64,000 nt of DNA from Raillietiella orientalis (Eukaryota): the NCBI GenBank assembly GCA_036172245.1, contig JAYWIR010000035.1, forward strand, positions 62,001 through 126,000, given 5' to 3'. Made by a program: the position numbers and the translations under genes. The notes under the pieces are model-generated. The model was given only the letters and a program-made list of their open reading frames with translations. It searched no databases and was not told where the DNA came from. This document shows, piece after piece, positions 54,821 to 64,000 of the stretch (positions are counted from its first letter, which is position 1; the number at the start of each line of letters is the position of its first letter).

Positions 54821-57800
54821 TGGGTAAATAAATAATCAAATCCCCAAATAGTAGCATCTTGCTTAGATGTGAGGTTATTTCATTAACATTATGTTGCTTT
54901 TTAGTTGCTTAATTCAATGGACCAAATCTGCATATAATCAAAGCATCATAAATAAGTTTATGAAAAGCGCCTTGAGCTGCTGTAGCTCTGAATAGGTTTA
55001 TTGATGATTCCAGCAACCTATGTGTGTTTTTTTTCATGTGATTTTTATATTGGTATCAAAATATTAGCAGTAGATTGAAGTCTGTTAATCTTGAAGATTG
55101 TGTTTGCAAGCAACATATATGTGTTCTTGCTTTTCTTTGCTCATCTTCTAAGTAGCAGAAGCTTGATGTGCTTGTGTGCATATGTTGCCAGGTGTGACAA
55201 AGACTTAATTTTCAGAGCCTTTTTGTTGCAATTGCAATACTGCTAATCTTTTGTGTAAGGCTTTTGCTTTACATTTCTTGCCTGCATCATTATTCATGCC
55301 TGTAAATTGCCTGTAAATAACAGTATTATCCCAAGGAGCTTAATAGCAGTCATCATGAACCCAAATTTTAATTTTACATTCGTATGTTTCAGTATAGCAA
55401 TCGAGAGTCACCTGAACCCGTAATTATTTCATAAACCCCTTCTCCATCATCGTAACCATAGCAACATGTTCCATGTTTTATGGCGATTATGGTGACAAAA
55501 TGTAATTGTTTTTACATTGTACTTTTTACATGTAGTAGCACTGAGTTGTGTTTACTTTACCTTCACAACCCATACGGAAGAGTGAACAATGTTATTTGCC
55601 CCTTTGGCTTCCTGAGGTCGCGTAGACTTTCAAGTTCACGTTTCGTCCCAAACAAAAAGCAAATGTGGTTGTGAAATTGGTTGGCGGGTGTTTCATGCCT
55701 TAAAGCATTCATTCCATGCCTCCTCGATATTCGGAATCCTGCATATTTGTTCTTTGATGTTGATTTAGGTACCTTCTGAGTTATTTCCTGAAAATTCTTC
55801 CGCCACCGTCGTATCCGACTTCTCTCTCGCCCATGTTTTATTATCTAGAATAAGGTGTTTTTTTCTAACTTGCCTGGAGCTAAGCTATTGCGAGCAAGTC
55901 CTTCTGCCGTAACTGCATAAGGATTCTGAACTACATTTTTATCATGAATCCGAGACTTATAAGTTCCTACGAAGTTTGCCTAACGCACATCCCTCCGTTG
56001 TTATGAATACAGCCAACGTGTACGTATTATACCATTTTAAATGCAGTTTTAATATTAAGGCTCAAGTGTTCCTCTGCGCGATCGGCGAACGGACATCTCG
56101 CTGCGGGCGCTTTGCAAGACCGATGCTGGTTCCATGGTGCCGCTGCCGTTCGGCATTGCCAGCGTACTCAGATAGCGCAATCGATAGAGCAGCAAGTCCT
56201 GAGGCGTCGAATAAAATCTAAAACAAAGCGATCCAATTTATTAACTCTTATTTCACCTACGTCTGATTTTGACAGCGCAGAATCAGCTATTGCATAAGTA
56301 ATTCTTTAAGCATATTTTACCTGGACAGAATTTTTTTTCTTCCAAGTAATCTCAAAGCAACCCTTGGAGTGCTGTGCCCATGGTAGGCAATTTCCTGTAT
56401 CTTCTTCAACTTCAGAACAACCCTTGCACCTATTTATCATATCAACCAGCTCCGCCAAAAACTAAAGCTAAAGATGCAAACGAATGCCAAAACGATTCCT
56501 CCGAGGTGCAGCGAGCAACCCAAGTCGCCTTGTTGCTCTGACCAACATAAATGGTGGTAAGTCTGTCCTTGACGTGCGAATAGCCTTACTAACTGATACA
56601 CTTAGAAATCTTCCATCGTGGTATATAAATCTGTGGATTTCATTGGTAAGCAAGCATCTTTTGCATTTCAAGCGGTCAACACTGCAGCTAGGTCTCCAGT
56701 TTTACGGACCAGAAGTCTCGCAAAAGCCTCTTTACTCAAAGACCCTTAGCCTCTTTACAGACACACGTGCTAACGTGGTTTTGCGAAGTTCCGGAGGACC
56801 ATAAAATAAAATGTGATCTAAAGTTTCATTTAACATCTTTGAGGGCTTTATAAGCATTTTAAAATTTTGTTTTCAGTCTTTTTGCCTGATAAAATCATCA
56901 AGTTGCTCGGTCTTGGTGCTTAAATTGTGCATATTTTCAGATATTTACTGCATGATATCAATTTCATGTTGAAAGTTACTTAGGCGCCGTATGATTGCAG
57001 TCCTCAGTGTCCAGATTTTCTGATCCTCGTTATGGTTTCTTTTTTAAGTGTCAGCTTAAAACATCGTTTTTTATATCCAAGATTGATAAATGCCGATGAG
57101 GCATCCTATTTGGGTGTTAAGTTACTACTGTTTTTAATTTGATCATTTTGCCACCCAATTCAGGAATAATTCGATTTCCGAGTTCTGAACCAAGTCCACA
57201 CATTTCGATTACCACTTGATCTTCACTCATGGTTGCCTAAAACAGCTGCTCCGGCGTTAACTTACTTAGAATGACATTGCAGTGTAATAACTGACTCCAC
57301 TCACCTTGACAAGCAATTGTAAGCATCATTGCTCTTTGTTTATGAAGCCATATAGCTATGAGTGATGTTTTCTCTGCTGCCTGCAAAGGTTTCGATGAGT
57401 AATTTGACCCCACTTCTGATGCAACATGCATTTAAAGCTTTGGCTTTACGTTACACTAAATAGCCAACATCATTTACATTCAGGATTCAGTGATCGTCGC
57501 AGGCTACATCTACTGTGGCGCTTAGATTTTTTGTCATCTTTGGTACAATATAGAGTTCAGTTTAAAATCACTTCTGGATCACTGGTCTACTGTGTACTCT
57601 TCCTGCTTGGTTATTCCAGCACATGACTCTGGATGCCAGGCTTTTTTACATGTCTCAGGTAGCATCAGCATTAATCTCCTCTTTCCTTACGGTTTCAAGT
57701 AATGCGGGTCCTATTAAAGACATTTAAATAATAAAGTATTGGAATGCAGATCCAAGTAGATATTAAAATCAAAAAAATCATGGATTTTATTTATCAACTA

Positions 57801-59410
57801 TAATTACATGAGGTGATTTTCATTAACCTAATTATAGAATGGCTTCTATAATTTTAAGGCTATCGTTGCCGATATTTCAGTATGTCCATAGGGGCACAGC
57901 TGCATTAGTTTTTGCAGTTCTTAGGCATTTATAATAAATTTGTTATTACTATTTGTTATTCCTTTTGAATTGCAGTTTGTTTCGCAGTTCGTCTCATGAA
58001 ATAAAAGAGTGTAGACTTCCCAATCTATCTGTGCTTCCAACCTTACTTTCAGTTGTCGTATCTGTTGAATCGTTATGGATATCTGATAGAGCTTTCAATA
58101 GTCTGCTAATTTTTTCGAGACTTCTTAATAACTAATGCTGCTTTTCACCATTATAGCTCATGTCTAGAAGTATTTTTTCTACTTTACGAGAAAGTCCACT
58201 GTTGTGATTTTGCTTATGAGTTAGATTTCTCTCTGCTGAATTAAGAAGCGTTTAGCATATTAAATTGCTTGCTATGTTCCATAATTTGAAAATACTTACA
58301 GTACAGGAGGACGGATAATTACAATGCTATGCGTGAATTACAGGATATCCAGATTTCTTTATTCATCAAACATATATTTGGAAACTTACATCAACTGGTG
58401 TGTAACACAACGAAATAAACACAGTTTCTTGGAAGGATATTTTACAACATCTATATTTAATTTGTGTTTGGAAACTATCACGTAGATAGATATACTGTGA
58501 TCAATGCTATGCTTATTTTAGCATACGAATGCAGAAATGAAGATTTTGTTGTGTAAATTCAGTTCACAGAACCCCATGAGATAATCCATTTTTATATACA
58601 TTTCGTAACGTCTCCAGCGGAATTCATTGAGAATGATTGTCCATAAGGAATTCTAGATAGTTGATTGAATAAAGCGTGGTGCACTGATCGTTATAAGTTG
58701 AATGTGTGGATTTGGTCAAGGATATGTGCTTCCTTATAAATTTAGGGCACAATCAAGTGCAACAGTTGTGAAAGGATGATTCTTTATCAAAAACGAGTGC
58801 CCCATGTTGCACATGGTCCCAGGAAACATGCATATTATGACCTCTTTTTTTTCAACACTTAGTCAGATTTATTGAAGTTAATGAGGAAATGATTTGATTG
58901 GAGCAGAATCAACTTGCGAAGCTCGGTGGGAAAGGCGGAGAGGTCAGCAACGTCTGAAGGAAGTCGAGAGCAGCAAATGCAGCAACTGACGAAAAGATCG
59001 AGGAAGCAAGTGACAATGTAGAAGTCTCAAGAAGAATTTGATCGCTTACATACAATGCTCATAATAAGTTCGAGGTTTTTTGGCTTCTAAAACAACATAA
59101 GACTTGGAGAATAACGGGCTTGCAATCTTCCTTGAAGCATTCGCTTGCAAGGTTTGCCTGTCTTTGATTTTTCACTGCTACATGAGATTCCTACATAACA
59201 TGAGTCTAAGGAGACTTTAGACTTACAGACTAGAAACATCTTTGCTTACCAAAACCAATGTCTGACATGCATTAATCATTGAGACTGAGTTCTTTGACAA
59301 GTTGCGGTGACAATGACTTAGTGGTTACCATCATGATGCCAAGTGGCATTTCATGTTTACCCGTGCTGAAAGATGCAGGATTAAATGCCATGTATTATGG
59401 AGAAGTTTTC

Positions 59411-59455
59411 AACGATTAAATGTTCAGAAAAGCTCCTTCTGAACATTTAATCGTT
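59411..59455. repeat. Perfect 19-bp-arm hairpin (7-nt loop)
   Basis: aacgattaaatgttcagaa-aagctcc-ttctgaacatttaatcgtt. Confidence 0.95.
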
Positions 59456-59770
59456 CAAGAAAAGCTCCTTCGACTTGTTGCTGCAAGTATATGGATTATC
59501 CCCACCCCCGTTCATGCCACCAAACAACCTGCAGATCAAGCGTAAATTGTAAAAGAATCCCGTAGATTCTCGAGCCTGGAGCAGCTTTCTAGCCATAAGG
59601 TGCTGGTCTTGTGCTAAGTGACTTGACTTTCGACCTGTAGAGTACGATAGGAAGTAAATTTTGGAGCGATCTTATGTGAAAAGTACAGTAAAACCGGGCA
59701 CGCTAAGTTTTGCTCCCTACTCAAAACTTTGTCTCGTTCTTACAAGTATTTATATCAACTTAAGGATTGT

Positions 59771-59930
59771 AGAAAAGTAGCAGTTCTTTGAATAATGATT
59801 ATAATTTCCTTGTAATAAAATTTCGATAGTTGCACTTTAATCTTATTTAAATAATAGGAAATTAAGTGCAACTATCGAAATTTTATTACAAGGAAATTAT
59901 AATCATTATTCAAAGAACTGCTACTTTTCT
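59771..59930. repeat. Perfect 67-bp inverted repeat with 26-bp spacer
   Basis: 59771-59837 is the reverse complement of 59864-59930 (compared by eye). Confidence 0.93.
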
Positions 59931-61163
59931 TAAATAAGATTAATTTTCGAACTCTGTTCCTTTACTCCGCCATTGAGAAGATACCGGAAAACACTTATAA
60001 GGCTCTGTGTCATCTCATTAAGCCTATCTTATTAAAATATGGCGTTCTTCTTTAAAATTATTAAAAATAGGTTCTAAATTATTCAATCTTTAACCTCGAG
60101 ATCGTTTATTAATAGGTCACCCGGTATACTGTTTAATAAAGTCGGTAAAGTTTTTATCTGTAAGTATCTTTATGATCTGTGGTGCTGATGAAGGCATTTG
60201 TTTTTTGAAAAAGGATAAGCATTTAAAACTAATCTCTGTTGAACACGTAAAACAAATACTGTGATGTATCATGAAAATATTTTTGCATTGAAACACATGA
60301 AATTACAGCATAATAGTAGATTGGAATGGTTCGCACTTGCCATATGTGATTGCAGTGCTCATTGTAAATGTTTATTCTGATAAAAATTTTCCTAATAGTT
60401 TTTGTGCCTTTGTAATGCTTACTAAGTTGTTTATAATCACTGCATAAGAAAGTATAGGTGCTATGAAGGAACATGAGCTTGAATGATTGTATAAACTCAA
60501 CAGGGTCGTAAGATTTTTCGTCTTAAATGAGCCGTAAAGTTTGTTATTGATAATAGTGTCACTCATCAATGTTGACTTACGGTGCAAAGTGCAACATATG
60601 TTGCATGCTAATTAACATCAACATTTCTCATTATTGGAAAATGTTTGCATTGATACAAATAACTAAAATAAACTGTCTGTATGATAGTATGTTGCCAGAA
60701 ACTTTAGACATGAAATCGAGAAATTTGGGTATTACGTGAATTAATGAATGAGACTGCAGCAAGGATGGATATAATAGGACTCAATGGTACCTTGAAGTTT
60801 CTTATATCATGTAATACTTACAGAATCAACAATAAGTTGCATTATTGATTGGTGACAAATCAATTTCTAAAGTGAACAATGAAAGTTCTTCATGGCAAAG
60901 TATACAGCACACAACACACTCCACTAGTAGGGGTTAAAGATTGGTATTTTCGGCAATGCACTTGCATACAACTTGCTCAGTAGGTGTAAATGTAAAGTTG
61001 ACAGAAATTCAAGAAAAGCTTATGTACTACAATCACTTATGTCACTACCACATTACATTTCTGTTCTCTCTTTGAGAAGTGGTCCCAATTGCTCTTCTAA
61101 AAAGCATATCTTGCACTTGAAAACAAAATCCTGAACTTTGACATCCATCTTCACTAACGGATG

Positions 61164-61201
61164 TACCATTTCATGGTACATATATGTACCATGAAATGGT
61201 A
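61164..61201. repeat. Perfect 38-bp palindrome with no spacer
   Basis: taccatttcatggtacata|tatgtaccatgaaatggta. Confidence 0.95.
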
Positions 61202-61880
61202 GACGTAATTTGATAATATAAGACTCTTCCCTGAGCTAGTTTTCACTTATTAAATGGAAATCAAGTTTTAGACTACACAGGCATCAAATCATAAAAAAAC
61301 GTGGCCTTTTTTTCACCCAAACAAGCATGAATTCTCCTATTAAGTACAGACACCTTAATGTACATCTTCATGGCAAAATTTGTCTTTACAATATGTAAAA
61401 AATCAGGTAATAAGTCATTAGTTCACTTACTACAAACGTGTACTTACATTCGATCCTGAATTCTTGGTTATCAAACTTGGCAGTGAGGGAAAAAAGAAAA
61501 TGTTATAACAAAATAAGCAACATGAAGTATACGTCTTTTACAACTGCTTTATTAAGCACAATTTGCTCCACATAAGTGAGCAGTCACAAAACTAATACAC
61601 TTCTTTTGCAAGTCTTCACTCAAAACATCAGAGTAGCACAACCCTAAACTAGAAAGAATATTTCATATTTAAGACTACTCTAGCTATTCACTTAATATAA
61701 CATTAAAGCACACTGTTTTCACATGCAGTGTTTATTATGTGTAATCAGCATGTGCAATTCATTGAGTGATATTGACACAGTAAGCACAAATTAAACTTCA
61801 TCATGCTGCATGGATGGAAAACTGATGGAATGTAAGAAAAAGGTTTGAATCAGCATTACTTTAACCATCTAGTTCAAATG

Positions 61881-61912
61881 CTACAACATAATCATTCTAC
61901 AACATAATCATT
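61881..61912. repeat. 16-bp tandem duplication in the Rho 3' UTR
   Basis: ctacaacataatcatt x2. Confidence 0.9.
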
Positions 61913-61955
61913 CTTTGTCTTAATTTCACTAGGAATACACCAATGTTTAAATAAA

Positions 61956-62712
<757 letters not shown>

Positions 62713-64000
62713 TTACTACCAAATTGTGAAAAATTTTAAAAAGTTAAACACTGGAATTTAAGAAACATTATTCCGCATGTGATTTTCCGCAACTTATGTG
62801 CAAAATCTACTGCTGCTTATTTCCATTATATTCCCTAGCGACTAGTCATTTAACATCCACGCTTCCTTTCTTCTGTTTCCAGCTACTAACCTCAGAGGCA
62901 ACCCAACAATTACACAGATAGTTTTTGATTCGCATAGCGTGCAAACGGCAATTATAATCATTACCAAGTACAATTTTAATTATGAATTTCTGTCAAATGA
63001 AAAACTAATAAGAACGCAGTGATCAAGATAAAAAGAAAAAAAAAATAACGTTGCAATAGAAAAATGATTTTATTGTATTGAATTTGAATAATAGACAGCT
63101 CGTGAGCTGAAAATATTAATGATTTTATTATTCTTTACTTGATCGTACTTATTGCACATTCAGGTTATCTTCCAAATGCGTCGAGTTCTTAACCAGTCAG
63201 ACAAAAAGCAAGAATTTCATAGACCAGCATATTATTCAAAAAATAAACATTCTTCAGTTCGTATTTCAACAATCCCGAAAGTTAGCTAGGTGAAAAGAAC
63301 TCCCTCCAAGAGTATGAGGAGAATTCATGGAGTCTCGTAAAGTTTTTTTCGTTAAGTATTCTATATTAAGAAAATGAAGACCGATATTTCCTTTGATTCG
63401 TTCCTTTCATCAATCTGTGAAAAACAGGAGTCACAAAAATAAGATTAGATTGTCTGAATGAATATATTTCCGGATCTCTCTTTAATTTCATACTTTTAGA
63501 GTTTTACGCTTTCTTTCTGAAATATCAAATATCACTTTGGCTTTTAAATGTTTCTGTGTCGTCCGTAACTTACTACAAACGATAAATTTCTATCTCCTTC
63601 CATACTGCTATTGTGTTTTTTTACAAGCTATTTTCTAAAAATTGTGGAAATAATCTTAAATCTGCTTGATTAATATAGCTTGATGCCAATTATTAAGTAA
63701 AAAAAATCCCATTTTTTTAATGGGAACATCATTGTTTTGTTGATGGTTATTTATGACTGTACTGTATTTCAGTAATTCAGTTCGAATTTATATTTCTAGA
63801 AAGCAAACTGCATAATGATTTTACTATAATGTGAAACATTAGCATACATCCAAGTTCATAATAACAATATAAAAGTACGTATAAAGTTTAAATATCCAAA
63901 AGCTTCTTTTATATGTTTCGGCCAGCTAGAAATGTCAAATGAACAACCTAAAAAGGATTCCGGAGTCCCTTATAATTTGTCATTTTAGATCTAGTAAAAC

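Overview
Eukaryotic (metazoan, probably arthropod) genomic DNA, AT-rich, with very short introns (mostly 38-53 nt). I assembled seven protein-coding genes by hand from splice sites and reading-frame continuity: an E2F4/5-type transcription factor (+), TAF2 (-), PRELID3/slowmo (-), a four-MAM-domain extracellular protein (-; 14 exons over about 20 kb, first exon not found), cytoplasmic poly(A)-binding protein (-), F-actin capping protein alpha (+) and a RhoA/Rho1 GTPase (-). Notable features: a sharply bounded GC-rich block (about 25-42.6 kb) that the MAM gene splices across in frame; E2F and TAF2 stop codons only 4 bp apart; a first Rho intron that, if retained, ends the protein in the same CVIL CaaX box as the full-length protein; several perfect or near-perfect inverted repeats, two with template-switch signatures; a 190-bp-arm foldback element; and decayed gene fragments (SLC6-like, possibly GT32-like) in introns and spacers. 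No prokaryotic system, CRISPR array, rRNA or tRNA was recognised. All family assignments come from motif recognition, not database searches, and GC contrasts are judged by eye.
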